Source: Candidatus Bathyarchaeota archaeon
GTDB lineage: Archaea; Thermoproteota; Bathyarchaeia; Bathyarchaeales; Bathycorpusculaceae
Reading direction: 5' to 3'
Assembly: GCA_963767735.1 (NCBI GenBank)
Contig: CAVYES010000005.1
Location: 352,001-416,000 of the forward strand
DNA length: 64,000 bases
Position numbers and translations under genes: made by a program. The notes under the pieces are model-generated. The model worked only from the letters and a program-made list of their open reading frames with translations, ran no database searches and was not told the DNA's origin. Below, piece by piece: positions 20,036-30,619 of this stretch. Each line of letters begins with the position of its first letter. Positions within the stretch are counted from its first letter, which is position 1.

Positions 20036-20480
20036 TTGAGGAAAGAATTAGCGAGCAGTATCGAGATTAACGCCTCACCTGAAGAAGTTTGGTCGGTGCT
20101 TACGGATTTCGCAAAGTTCCCCGATTGGAACCCATTTATGCGCTGGGCAAAAGGTGAACTCAGAGCGGGGGCGAAACTTGAAGTGCGCATTCAGCCCACA
20201 GGAGCACGAGGGTCAACTTTCAAACCGACAGTACTCGTCGTTAATCCGCCCAGAGAGCTCAGGTGGATTGGTCATCTATGGATAAGCGGATTTTTCGACG
20301 GAGAACACATCTTAACAATTGAACCAATCGGAAACAACAATGCGCGCTTTGAACAAAAAGAAATTTTTAATGGGCTTTTTGTCAGGCTTCTAGCTGAAAA
20401 GCCTCGATAGAGACACACTTCGCGGCTTCAATGAAATGAATAAAGCGCTGAAGAAGCAAGTGGAACTCCACCCTAAATAA
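20036..20480 (+). CDS. SRPBCC/polyketide cyclase-like protein, frameshift near 20398
   Basis: IEINASPEEVWSVLTDFAKFPDWNPF; alternative frame ends SLDRDTLRGFNEMNKALKKQVE. Confidence 0.82.
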
Positions 20481-20697
20481 GACTTATTTAACACTCCAAA
20501 TCAAGCATTGCTTCACTTTACCGATGCCAAAAAATCACGTGCGCTTTAACTTATTTTGCTTGTTTAAGCGGTATTTCCGTTGATTGTGGTAGTGGCGCAA
20601 CTACTGCAAATGCTTTTACGGCGAAAACCGTTAATTTTTCTTACTATCCAGTTTTAATCTGCATATTGTTGTTTGGCGCGCAAAGTATGAATGTTGG

Positions 20698-21069
20698 TTG
20701 GAAGTGTTTTTTATGGTGTTAGTTGAAGGAATCGAAATCAAGATGAAAGCTAAGCCTATACACAAAAAACGGCTTGTTAAAGCCTGGAAAACTTTATCGA
20801 GTAAGCCGCTGCCTAAAGTTAAAGCACTCAAATTAAGCGATGAAGATTTTAACCATGTTATTCAGCGCAGGCACTGTTTTGAAGATGAATTGTGCGAGAT
20901 TGAGGAATGGGGCAGGGTTCTTTCAACCAGCGGCACGGATGCATGTGTGTTTAACGCTGAAGAAACCCGAGACGCCGACTACGTTATACTTGTGAGGCAA
21001 AACCCACACCACGGCTTAGATGAAATTATTCTTCATGAATTATCTCATATCGCCCGAGGAGACCTTTAA
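20698..21069 (+). CDS. Hypothetical protein with C-terminal HExxH motif
   Basis: IILHELSHI near the C-terminus. Confidence 0.55.
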   Translation: MEVFFMVLVEGIEIKMKAKPIHKKRLVKAWKTLSSKPLPKVKALKLSDEDFNHVIQRRHCFEDELCEIEEWGRVLSTSGTDACVFNAEETRDADYVILVRQNPHHGLDEIILHELSHIARGDL

Positions 21070-22019
21070 CCACCCGTCTTATTCATGATTCCTTCAGCAA
21101 ACAGCCTCAAGCCCTCAACGCTGGGCAAATCCCCAAAATAAAGCATAAAGCAAGTCACGCCAAGGTCAACATAAACCTGCAATTGCTCTCTGCACTGCTG
21201 AGCCGTACCCACCAAAGAAGTCTTCTTAAACTCTTCCAAAGTCAAACCCAAAACATTTTTTTGTGAAATTTTTTCGTTTACCTCACTTTCATCCTGACCA
21301 ATCAGCACCTGCCCACCTGGCCAGCAGGATTTCTCAATTTCGCCAAAATTTCTGCCAATCGCCCGACATTCCTTCTCTAAAACCTCAAGCTTGCACTTAT
21401 ACCGCTCAACAGAAGGCTGGAAGCCAAAGTCAAACCTGTTAGCATACGGAGCAGTCACTTTCCTCAGCAGCAGTTTGCCGCTGCCCCCTACGGTTATAGG
21501 CGGGTGAGGTTTCTGCAAGGGTTTGGGCTGACAAACTGCATCCTTCAGCGAATAATACTTCCCTTCGAAGTTTGCCTTGTCCTGTGTCCATAATTGCTCT
21601 ATAACCTCCAAAGACTCGACTAAACGGTTAATTCTAACGCTTGGTTTGGGATAATCAAACCCGTAAGCCGTGTGCTCCGCCTCTTGGATTCCTGCTCCAA
21701 TCCCAAACTCTAATCTGCCGTTTGAAAGCACATCAAACGTAGCAGCCATCTTCGCTAACAAAGCTGGGTTTCTATGTGCGCTGCAGGAAACCATGGTTCC
21801 AAGTCGTATTCTGCTGGTTAACGCTAAGAGTGCAGACAGGGTTGTCCAGGATTCAAGAATCGACCAATAATCATACATTAAATGGTCGTCAAGCCAAACT
21901 GAATGGTAACCTAAGCGTTCACACTCTAAAACAATGTCCCGAATGTGGCTGAAGCTTCCCTTATCTTTTGTTTGGAACGCGTAGAATGGAAGGAAGACTC
22001 CGAATTTTAGTTTGCCCAA
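21066..22019 (-). CDS. LLM-class (luciferase-like, probably F420-dependent) oxidoreductase
   Basis: SVWLDDHL, RIRLGTMV, RNPALLAKMAATFDVLSNGRLEFGIGAG, PKPLQKPHPPI. Confidence 0.9.
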   Translation of the reverse strand: MGKLKFGVFLPFYAFQTKDKGSFSHIRDIVLECERLGYHSVWLDDHLMYDYWSILESWTTLSALLALTSRIRLGTMVSCSAHRNPALLAKMAATFDVLSNGRLEFGIGAGIQEAEHTAYGFDYPKPSVRINRLVESLEVIEQLWTQDKANFEGKYYSLKDAVCQPKPLQKPHPPITVGGSGKLLLRKVTAPYANRFDFGFQPSVERYKCKLEVLEKECRAIGRNFGEIEKSCWPGGQVLIGQDESEVNEKISQKNVLGLTLEEFKKTSLVGTAQQCREQLQVYVDLGVTCFMLYFGDLPSVEGLRLFAEGIMNKTGG

Positions 22020-22107
22020 GCTAAGCTCCAGCCTGCTGACCCATAATTTAAAGGTTAATAAAATTGTTACCTATTGTTGTTTCTAAAACTAAATTTTTTC
22101 AACGACA

Positions 22108-23418
22108 TTAATCTAAAAATCTCGAAGCTATTTTAGCAGGCATATCCAGTTTAGCGCTTTTCTGAGTTTTCTTCTTCCAAACATACGCAAAGGCTATCAG
22201 AACCGCAACGAAGAGAACGGGTATGGCTATCAATAAAGATAACGAGACAAGCGGCGTCGAGGTAGGAGCCGTCGAGGTAGGAGTTGTCGTGGATTCGGTA
22301 GTTGTAGCATACATGCAATAGGCAATATCAGTGGTTGGTTCCGGCGGGTTTCCAGAGAAGCTTATGTGTGGGTTGCCATTGGAATCTAATACCATATTAT
22401 AGTCTGGTAGGGGGCCTACTTCTGAAGCGTTATTTGGGTCAACAGTTTGCGTGGCCCAAGCCTTGCCCGTCCATGTAGCATACAATAAAGTGCCTTCATA
22501 ATCTCCGTAAGTTTCCTTATAGTAGGCCACATGTGGGTTATTGTGCGAGTCTAACGCAAGATAGCCTGCATCTTCAGAATTGAAGTTTGAAGCCACTGTT
22601 TGAGTTTTCCAAGCGGAACCAGTCCAGCTGTCATACGTTAATGTTTCACCCTTGTAATAGGTAAAGTGCGGGTAACCGTTGGAGTCTAAGACCAGGTTTC
22701 CATAGTATCCGTCAATTATATTAGAGACTACGGTTTGTATACTCCAAGCTGATCCATTCCACACGGCATATTTGACGGATGTAGACGAGGCGTACCCGTT
22801 TTTAATAATGGTATAGTTGCCGCCGTAGAGGATGTATGGATTGTTGTTTGAATCTAATGCCAGATAGGCACCACTATTATTTCCTGAGTCTACTGTTTGG
22901 ATGCTCCAACTTGACCCTGTCCAACTTGCATATTTGAGGTCTCCATTACCTCCGAGGTACGCTACGTGCGGATTGCCTGCTGAATCGAGTGCAAGAGAAC
23001 CACAACTTCCCTGGAAAGGTAGGGTTTGGATAGTCCAGTTTACGCCTGTCCAGCTGGCATACATCAGGGCTGGAATTTCATTTATGTTACCCAGAAGCAA
23101 TACGTGAGGGTTGTTATGGGCATCTATTTTGAGGTCAATAGCCCAAGCATTTGGGGTTACAATTTGTGTGTTCCATGTTGAGCGGTTCAAGCTTGCATAC
23201 ATCAGATAAACTGTGTTTTGATAGTACCCGTTTTCATAGTCAGAATAGGCGATATATGGGTTATTATTAGAGTCGAGGGCAATTATGCCTCCGCCACTGC
23301 TGTCTTTGTCTACTGTTTGGATATTCCATGTCAAGGCAGCATGAGCTGGAAGCACCGAGCAGAAAGACACCAACAAGATGAATAGAAGAAGAAAACTCAA
23401 CAACACACAAACTCGCAT
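22108..23418 (-). CDS. Secreted, C-terminally anchored beta-propeller repeat protein
   Basis: About 7 repeats of LALDSxxNPHxxY...LxYAxWxGxxWxxQTVD; signal peptide; T/P linker and TM helix. Confidence 0.8.
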   Translation of the reverse strand: MRVCVLLSFLLLFILLVSFCSVLPAHAALTWNIQTVDKDSSGGGIIALDSNNNPYIAYSDYENGYYQNTVYLMYASLNRSTWNTQIVTPNAWAIDLKIDAHNNPHVLLLGNINEIPALMYASWTGVNWTIQTLPFQGSCGSLALDSAGNPHVAYLGGNGDLKYASWTGSSWSIQTVDSGNNSGAYLALDSNNNPYILYGGNYTIIKNGYASSTSVKYAVWNGSAWSIQTVVSNIIDGYYGNLVLDSNGYPHFTYYKGETLTYDSWTGSAWKTQTVASNFNSEDAGYLALDSHNNPHVAYYKETYGDYEGTLLYATWTGKAWATQTVDPNNASEVGPLPDYNMVLDSNGNPHISFSGNPPEPTTDIAYCMYATTTESTTTPTSTAPTSTPLVSLSLLIAIPVLFVAVLIAFAYVWKKKTQKSAKLDMPAKIASRFLD

Positions 23419-23518
23419 TTTTGTGGCTACCTCGTCAAAGCACTAAAACAGCTTATAATTTTGCAACTATAAAAAATTATGCAAATCTTCATTTGGGCGG
23501 CTTTATCATAGCAAGTCA

Positions 23519-24971
23519 TCATTTAGTGGGTACTTGTTTCCTTACGTCTTTTCCTCTTATGATGGATAATACGCCTGCAATTGCCAGGATTATTATTGAT
23601 GCGTAAAATGCGTGGTCTATGCCTGATATGAATGTTTGGCTGACGCCGCCTGTGAGGCTTTTGGTTCCGATAAACACTTCGAATGCTACATACCTGGGTA
23701 TTGAGGCTGCTGCAACTGAGATTGCTAAAACGTAGCTTCCGACTAATCCGATGTTTTGCACCATTCGCAGCAAGCCTGAGATGCTGCCAAACGATCCTGT
23801 TCTTGCATTTGCCATGACGGCGCTGTTGTTGGCTGGGAAGAACATGGAGGTTCCTAAGCCGGAGACTGCTGAAGCGAAAAGCACGATGTAGAGCGGCGAG
23901 GTTGCACCCATTGTTAAGTAAATCAGTATGGCGACGGCTAAGAAGAATATTCCCAGTGTAGCGATTTCTCTTGAACCGTACTTGTCGGATAATCTGCCCA
24001 TTATTGGACCAAGAAAACTGCCTGCCACATATCCAGGAACCAGCAGTAAAGAAGCATTCAGCGGCGTCAACGCTCTTATTCCCTGCAGATACATTATCAC
24101 GAGGAACACTACGGAGAAGTAGCCGATACTTACAAATAACGCTGAAAAGATTGCGTTCCGCAGAACCCTGTTTTTGAAGGCTTCAAAATCAATCATGGCA
24201 TTTTTAATCCTGCGATCATACAATATGAAAACAGGTATCAGCACCGCGCCAATTACTGATAAAGTGACGTTTAAGGAGTTGATTCCGTTTGAAGCAAAAT
24301 TTACTAATCCCAAAGAGAGCAGTACCAATGCTGCGGCAAGCAGGCCCATTCCAGCCAGGTCCAATTTGGCAGGTGTTTTTTCGGTGTCCTTTATGTATTT
24401 TAAGCCCGCTATCACCGCGATTATGCCGATTGGGATGTTTATGAAAAAGATGTACTGCCAGCTAACGTAGGTGGTGATTATTCCTCCTAAAACGATGCCA
24501 AGCATTGCTCCAGCCGTAAAGCCAAGCGAATTGTAACCGTATGCTCTGCCGCGTCTTTCTCTGGGAAAATAGTCAGCTATTATGGCTCCGCTGGTTGCTT
24601 GCAGAAGGGCTCCGCCTGCCGCCTGAATTGTTCGGAAGCCTATGAGAAGATAGATTTGACGGTGAGAAACCGCAGAGGGCTGAGCCGACTGTGAAGATTA
24701 CGAAGCCTAAGTTGAATATTTTGCTTCTGCCGAAGATGTCTCCTATTCTTCCCATCTGCGCGGTTGCAACGGCGAGAACAAGAAGATAAGCAAGAATAAT
24801 CCACAGAGACGTTGACAGGTCTGAGTGGAGCTTGTCATTTATGGTTGGAAAAGCCAGCAGAACGATTGTACTGTCAAGCGCACCCATGAGAGTTCCAAGC
24901 ATCACGATGGCTAACACTATATTGCTGTGTCTTCCAGGGCTAGAAATCGGTTTGCCGGGTGCTTCTTGCAT
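23519..24971 (-). CDS. MFS transporter (DHA2/EmrB-QacA type), frameshift near 24655
   Basis: [40 protein letters not shown]; two ORF halves. Confidence 0.88.
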
Positions 24972-25157
24972 TCAATTCACCGTTAGCTACCTTTCTTTTG
25001 GAATCGTATTGTTAATTAAAATTTACTTGGTTCCTTTAAAAATATTAACTAATTTACTGAGGTAGACAACTAAAAACATAGAGTTTCTTAAGTTAAAAAG
25101 TGTATTGATTGGAGACAATAAACTGCAAAACCAGAGGATAAGTAATTATCCTATAGG

Positions 25158-25176
25158 AAGTGGCGATGTCTCCCGC
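25158..25176. repeat. 19-bp conserved site, B-type copy
   Basis: aagtggcgatgtctcccgc followed by aaacccctttttctt, as in other copies. Confidence 0.8.
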
Positions 25177-25287
25177 AAACCCCTTTTTCTTTAAGTATAC
25201 TTAGCGAAATAGTCAAAAGGTGATAAGTATTGGAATCGAAAATCGTTAATTGCCTTAGGAGCAAGCTTGATTTGAGAGATAAGAGTG

Positions 25288-26397
25288 CTATAGTTTTTTA
25301 AAGTCTTCCAATGCCTTCTTGAGATCCATTGCCGCGTTGAAAGATAGATCGTCAGTGTCGTATTCAATTCTTTTTAAGCCCTTAAGGTTTGGAGGCAGAT
25401 CTACTTTTCTCTCAACCAACAGAACAACCTGCGTATTGTATTTCAGATAGGCCGCATCGATTTCAGAGGTTACATTTGAATTAAGGATGTAGATTCCGCT
25501 GTACCTTCGCTCCTGTTCAGCGGCAGCGATGTTTATTATTGCACAATCACAGTCTTGCATCAACCCGAATTTATTTTCAGAAATTGGCACAGTTGTTTCT
25601 TCTTTATCGCCCATGACGTAGTCATAATGCAGAAAATCCAACATTTTCTTCACCTGGTCAGAAACTTGGGTGCTGCTATTAGATATGAAGACACGAGGTT
25701 TCAGACCTTCTTTTTGGGGCTCATTTGGCGCTCTTTCAACAAAAGGTGCTGTTTTAGTCACTTGGTCGTCAATTACATATGCAGGTGGCGCCTCAAAGGT
25801 GACTGGTAAGCTTGCAAGGTTTTTAATCCTGGCAGCATAGCGCTTATTCATTAGTTCATTTATGCGTAGCAGCTGAAGTTCAATTCCATTTTCCAATGCT
25901 GTTATTTTTCCCTCTAGAGCGGTGTCATCAAAATCGGGTGCTACAATTATGCCCTTTTGTGCTCTTCCGTTTACTAGCACTTTGACAAAGGCTTCAACAT
26001 CAGCCAAGCGGACAGGATCGGATTGTTTAATCAAAAGAGGTTGACCTCCCTCGGTAAACCCGCTTACGCCTGTAGCTGGGTCGCTTGGTTTGCCATTGAA
26101 TTTTTTTATTACCCGGTCTTCGAAGTCACTGGAGGAAACTCCGCCATTTAGACTCTTTTCATTCCTCCTTTTCTTAAAAACAAATACAAAAGTGACAACA
26201 ACAACTACTGCTACAACCGCTATGATTCCGCCAATAAGTAATAAGGCAGAGGTACTTCCAAGTATTCCTGCTTTGGTTGGGGTTGGCTGTGTCGTTGAGC
26301 TTGGTGTTAATGTTTGGCAATAGGATATTTGCGGAAGGACTACAACTAAAAAAAAGAAACACGCTATAATAGTGGCTACTAGGAATTTTTTATTCAT
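25288..26397 (-). CDS. Membrane-anchored protein with degenerate Mrr-like domain and C-terminal TIR-like nucleotide-binding domain
   Basis: Signal peptide plus TM helix; DFEDRV...GVSG...IKQS...KGIIVA (Mrr-like); RVFISNS...DCDCAII...NVTSEIDAA...VVLLVERKVDLPPNLKGLKRIEY (TIR-like). Confidence 0.72.
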   Translation of the reverse strand: MNKKFLVATIIACFFFLVVVLPQISYCQTLTPSSTTQPTPTKAGILGSTSALLLIGGIIAVVAVVVVVTFVFVFKKRRNEKSLNGGVSSSDFEDRVIKKFNGKPSDPATGVSGFTEGGQPLLIKQSDPVRLADVEAFVKVLVNGRAQKGIIVAPDFDDTALEGKITALENGIELQLLRINELMNKRYAARIKNLASLPVTFEAPPAYVIDDQVTKTAPFVERAPNEPQKEGLKPRVFISNSSTQVSDQVKKMLDFLHYDYVMGDKEETTVPISENKFGLMQDCDCAIINIAAAEQERRYSGIYILNSNVTSEIDAAYLKYNTQVVLLVERKVDLPPNLKGLKRIEYDTDDLSFNAAMDLKKALEDFKKL

Positions 26398-26625
26398 GAT
26401 TTTGCATTCCTTTGATGTGGATAATGTTTAACTTCCCGACCATAGGTAAATACCTACTGTGAATGGAAGGTTATTGGTATATCGCCTTAAAAAACTATTG
26501 AAAAGAAATGCCTAGTCTCAAATTCAGCTTTCGAGTACTCGTTGTCAATTTTTGTTTACGAAAGCAATGAGAGCGATACTCTAGTTTCTCAGAAATCGCT
26601 CGGTCTACAGTTTTCATTCATTGTA

Positions 26626-26673
26626 GTGTAGAGGGTGGATTTGAACCTTTACCGAAGTGGAGATGTCACCCGT
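26626..26673 (-). repeat. Degenerate tRNA T-arm fragment plus 19-bp site (att-like site A3)
   Basis: gagggtggatttgaac-ctttaccg-aagtggagatgtcacccgt. Confidence 0.78.
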
Positions 26674-26723
26674 AATCCCATTTTCTTGCGCAGGTTCTAT
26701 GCCGTCTTTTTTTCCTTTGAGGC

Positions 26724-27143
26724 TTAGTTTGATGACCTATTTCGTCGGTTTTCGATATATATTCGTTGTCCGTTCAGCATATATCCGATTCCCAGTAAGA
26801 TGAGAATGAACTCGCCGGCTGTAACGGCAGGTGGAGGGGCAACTGTGAAGAAAAACTTTGCTTGATCGGCGGGCGCGGTTAAGAAAATTAGTGCAGCGTC
26901 GATTACCGCCAAGACGCCAGCGACTCTTGGTCTTCGCCACAGAGAGACCAGCCCTGCAATCGGAAGCAACAACCCCACTGTCACAAAAAATACTGCGAAC
27001 CAAAGGGTCCGTATCTCGTTCTCGCGGGTCTCAAATCCCAATGGAGTTAACAGGAAGCCCACAACGAATCCCACCACAAACAAAACTGCCAATATCCGCT
27101 TTGTGTCCCCCAAAGAAGCCTTTGCGTCAAAAAATGAAGCCAT
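26724..27143 (-). CDS. Hypothetical membrane protein (about 4 TM helices)
   Basis: 139-aa hydrophobic ATG ORF. Confidence 0.65.
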   Translation of the reverse strand: MASFFDAKASLGDTKRILAVLFVVGFVVGFLLTPLGFETRENEIRTLWFAVFFVTVGLLLPIAGLVSLWRRPRVAGVLAVIDAALIFLTAPADQAKFFFTVAPPPAVTAGEFILILLGIGYMLNGQRIYIENRRNRSSN

Positions 27144-27549
27144 AAAAAATCACTTAAAGAATCTGTAAGTTAATCACTAATTAAAGCGTTTAGATGCGAT
27201 ACTACTAACGAGATGTAAGTGATAGCTGTAGGGGAACAGCTTGAATTAAAAGTTGAAATCACATTGACTCCTTGTGCGACTTGTTGCGAACCTCCTCTTC
27301 AAAACGCAAAATGGCCGAGACTATGAGTTACTGCTACCACACCTGATGAGATTCTAGCTTTAGGAAAGGCTTGCTGGCAAAAATACGCTGAAGCGACTTT
27401 TAACGGTTTGACAATGCATTTCTACCGAAAGCCCAAACGTTTCGGAATCTTCAAAAATATAGAGGATAAGTCCCAGACTATGGGGATAAGTAATTATAAT
27501 TCGTAAACCGTATTTTTAGATTAAACCGCTTCCAGTCGTGGTTCTCTAT

Positions 27550-28119
27550 ATGCCCGAGAAAGACGCTTCTTACGTTGACATATTCGGCTTGTTATCGGAA
27601 GAGAGCCCTGAGCAGGCAAAAAAGAAGCGCAGGCAAGAGCTTTTGGAGCCAACAGGCGTAAAAGAACTATTCAAGGAAGGAAACATAAGCGTGAACAAGT
27701 TTACGTGCGCTGGCGTGCAATGCAAGTTATGCGTTAAAGCTTGCCCAACAAACGCTTTGTACTGGGGAAGTGGCGGAGTAGGAATCACCGAGGACTTGTG
27801 CGTTTACTGCGGCGCTTGCGTCCTTAACTGCATGGTTGATGACTGCATAAAAATCGAACGAACACGGGAAGACGGCAAAGTTGAACTCTTCAGCAAACCG
27901 CAAGACGTTATCAAGCTTGGAGAAAAAATTAACGGAAAGAAACGTTTTGACCGCGTGAAAGCAATTTTCCCAACAGTTGACGCCTACTGCGAAAAATGCC
28001 CCCCGAAGACAGAAAACATTAACCTATTTTTAGAAAAATCTGCTATCAACAGGAATGCCGATGAGCAAAAGCATCAGTTTAGAAAACCCAGTACGCGAAG
28101 GCAACCCAAGAATGAGTAA
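27550..28119 (+). CDS. 4Fe-4S dicluster ferredoxin-domain protein
   Basis: CAGVQCKLCVKACP and CVYCGACVLNC. Confidence 0.85.
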   Translation: MPEKDASYVDIFGLLSEESPEQAKKKRRQELLEPTGVKELFKEGNISVNKFTCAGVQCKLCVKACPTNALYWGSGGVGITEDLCVYCGACVLNCMVDDCIKIERTREDGKVELFSKPQDVIKLGEKINGKKRFDRVKAIFPTVDAYCEKCPPKTENINLFLEKSAINRNADEQKHQFRKPSTRRQPKNE

Positions 28120-28133
28120 AACTTACAAAATAA

Positions 28134-29297
28134 TCACGGAACTTTAGGCGGCATGATTGAGACGGCCGTTGCACTTCGAGTAGATAACTCCATTTTATCT
28201 CCAAAACCCTTTTTCACATACGCGTTTTCCAAGAACAATTTGTCACCAATCTTTAATCCACTAAGGGCTTCTGCGTGTTGGCGCCAAGCTGAAATCCGAA
28301 CAGTGCCAGTCTCGTCTTTTAGCTCAAAAACCGTTAGCTTCACGGTTTCACCTTTGGACGTGTTTACTTCTTTGTTTTCAGGAACCGTTGAAACTACCCC
28401 TTCAACGTCGGCGATTTGGTTCTCAGTCAGGTTGGCTATTTTCGTTAACTGCGGTGCAACAGCTTGAACGCTAATAAAACTGGTGAAGTCAACGTGAACT
28501 TCTATGGTGCCGTTTTGGGTTTCTTTCACTTTAGCGTTACCCAATTGCAAACACGCGTTCGCTTTGAGGGTTTTTTCTAATTCTTGGGCTTTTTCATTCC
28601 AAGCAACCACCGTAACTTCTCCAGAATCATCCGCTAAAGTGAACCGCATAACTGTTCCATCACTTTGATCGTTTCGGGTGAACTTGGTTGAGCCTAAAAC
28701 CGATTTTACAGTGCCTGAAAGATGCACATTCCCCACTGTTTTATTTAGGGAATTTATTTTGGTGGCGAACTTGTCGATGGCTGGGTATTCGCTGGCTTTT
28801 TCTTGAGGCTCCACTTCAATTTGGCTTTTGCCACCAAGATGCAACTCCACTTTGGCGTAACGATCTTGTCGCGTATATCCGTGAAGAAGCCGAACTGCCT
28901 GTCCAACTTTCAACTCGCCCTTCTCAACCAAATCAGCCTTATCATTCCACAACACCACACGCACAATACCGTCGCTGTCAGCAACCATTAACGTCGCAAA
29001 TTTGCCAGGTTTTTCTCCTTCAAAAGTTCGCGCTGGAAAAACCGCGATTAACCGACCAGCCACCGTAACATCGTTTAAGCCAGCAAACAAGCGGCTTGTC
29101 GATAACGTTCCACTGTTGCGAATTGTATTTTGCTGTACCTCAACGCCGTATCTGGCGGCGATTAATCTCAGAAGCGTTTCGTCACCAAGCAGACCCCCCG
29201 TTCTGGATTTTTCCACATGTAATTTCTCGAGAATTTGCTCTTTGTTGATTTCTGGGTTTTTTGCAAGAATTTTGTCGATTATGTCTTGGATGGTCAT
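28134..29297 (-). CDS. rpa: Replication protein A (multi OB-fold ssDNA-binding protein)
   Basis: Three OB folds (VADSDGIVRVVLW, LADDSGEVTVVAW, LKDETGTVRISAW). Confidence 0.85.
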   Translation of the reverse strand: MTIQDIIDKILAKNPEINKEQILEKLHVEKSRTGGLLGDETLLRLIAARYGVEVQQNTIRNSGTLSTSRLFAGLNDVTVAGRLIAVFPARTFEGEKPGKFATLMVADSDGIVRVVLWNDKADLVEKGELKVGQAVRLLHGYTRQDRYAKVELHLGGKSQIEVEPQEKASEYPAIDKFATKINSLNKTVGNVHLSGTVKSVLGSTKFTRNDQSDGTVMRFTLADDSGEVTVVAWNEKAQELEKTLKANACLQLGNAKVKETQNGTIEVHVDFTSFISVQAVAPQLTKIANLTENQIADVEGVVSTVPENKEVNTSKGETVKLTVFELKDETGTVRISAWRQHAEALSGLKIGDKLFLENAYVKKGFGDKMELSTRSATAVSIMPPKVP

Positions 29298-29412
29298 TTT
29301 GCGCCGACACGATTAAGATATTCTGGGCTTTTAATTTTTTGCATTCTCTCAACAACGTTGCTATGTTTATTAAAAACGCAGTTCCATCTTAGCTTGGAGC
29401 GCTGAAGACAAA

Positions 29413-29679
29413 GTGGATCTTGCAGTTTTCTATGCCTCCGGAATAGCGCTGGTGGCAGTGGGAATCATCATTATTGTTGCAGCGATTATTTTGGTTTCCG
29501 CACGTGGGGCTGGAAAGGGTAAGGGTAAGGTCAAGGCTGCGGGTGTGATTATGATTGGTCCTATTCCGATAATTTTTGGGACAGATAAGAAATCAGTTAA
29601 GTCCGTTTTGGCGCTTGCTTTGGCGCTAACTATAGTGCTTGTGGTAGCTACGGTGATATATTACTGGTTGCTGAGGTAA
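29413..29679 (+). CDS. DUF131/TIGR00304 membrane protein
   Basis: AAGVIMIGPIPIIFGTD. Confidence 0.85.
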   Translation: MDLAVFYASGIALVAVGIIIIVAAIILVSARGAGKGKGKVKAAGVIMIGPIPIIFGTDKKSVKSVLALALALTIVLVVATVIYYWLLR

Positions 29680-29685
29680 ACTTTC

Positions 29686-29976
29686 GTGTTAATCGAGCAG
29701 GAAGATGAGGAGGAAGGCATAACAATATCCAGTAGACTTTTTGGTTTTTTGATTTTGGGAATTGCCTTAGTTTTCGTTGGCATAGTGGTTTTGGTGGTTG
29801 TTTCGGTGTTCTTAGGCGGTTCAGGAAGTGTTGGGGTTGTTGTTTTTATAGGTCCATTTCCAATTGTTTTTGGATCCGGGCCAAATGCAACTTGGCTTAT
29901 CCTCTTAGGCATAATTATTGCTGTTGTAAGTGTATTGGTTTTTTGGGTTATGAATAGAAGGTTCGATTGGCTTTAA
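29686..29976 (+). CDS. DUF131 membrane protein (second copy)
   Basis: GVVVFIGPFPIVFGSG. Confidence 0.8.
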   Translation: MLIEQEDEEEGITISSRLFGFLILGIALVFVGIVVLVVVSVFLGGSGSVGVVVFIGPFPIVFGSGPNATWLILLGIIIAVVSVLVFWVMNRRFDWL

Positions 29977-29996
29977 AAAATTAAGAAGGAGGGGTT

Positions 29997-30119
29997 TTAC
30001 TCGTTTACTATCTCTTCATCTTTACCGTAATACCCGTAGAGAAAGATAAGAATTAAAGCGACAAATATTGAGCCCATTAATAGGTATTCTAAAGTTGTGA
30101 AGTATGCTCCAATGTCCAT
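29997..30119 (-). CDS. 40-aa single-TM microprotein
   Basis: Manual translation MDIGAYFTTLEYLLMGSIFVALILIFLYGYYGKDEEIVNE; fills the intergenic gap and is followed by a pyrimidine-rich tract. Confidence 0.55.
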   Translation of the reverse strand: MDIGAYFTTLEYLLMGSIFVALILIFLYGYYGKDEEIVNE

Positions 30120-30163
30120 AGAGATTCTCCCTGATTTTTACTTATTCTTGTGCGTCTTAATAT

Positions 30164-30574
30164 TTAAGGAGTAGCTTTTTTCCACTCATTCATCAACATA
30201 TCATAGCACTCGTCAGTTTCCTCTATGATTTCAAACCAGCCTAGATTCTGCGCGACCTTCTGCGTTAACAGATGATAACACATGTGAACCTTCTTGTCTA
30301 ACACTCGAAAATAGAAATCGTCGCAGGTGCAAAATTCAGCTTCAGGCATAATTAGGTAGTCGCGTTCTCTGCCGACAACTATCCAGACGGTTTTTCCGCT
30401 CGGCTTGAAATTGTATTTTTTCACTCGGTTCTCTTTTAGGGCGTCAAGGGCTTTTGTGAATCTTGACCCGAAAAGCTCGTAGAGCTCGGTTAGGTTGTTG
30501 CCTGACAGTTTGCCTGCTGATTTTGCTTCTCTACAAATAGCGTTTAACGTATCTATCTCTGAATTATCGCTCAT
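30164..30574 (-). CDS. SWIM zinc-finger protein
   Basis: FCTCDDF...CYH motif. Confidence 0.85.
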   Translation of the reverse strand: MSDNSEIDTLNAICREAKSAGKLSGNNLTELYELFGSRFTKALDALKENRVKKYNFKPSGKTVWIVVGRERDYLIMPEAEFCTCDDFYFRVLDKKVHMCYHLLTQKVAQNLGWFEIIEETDECYDMLMNEWKKATP

Positions 30575-30619
30575 TATACACTCGCAACTGGAAAGATTAG
30601 GGAAAATTGGATTTTGGCT

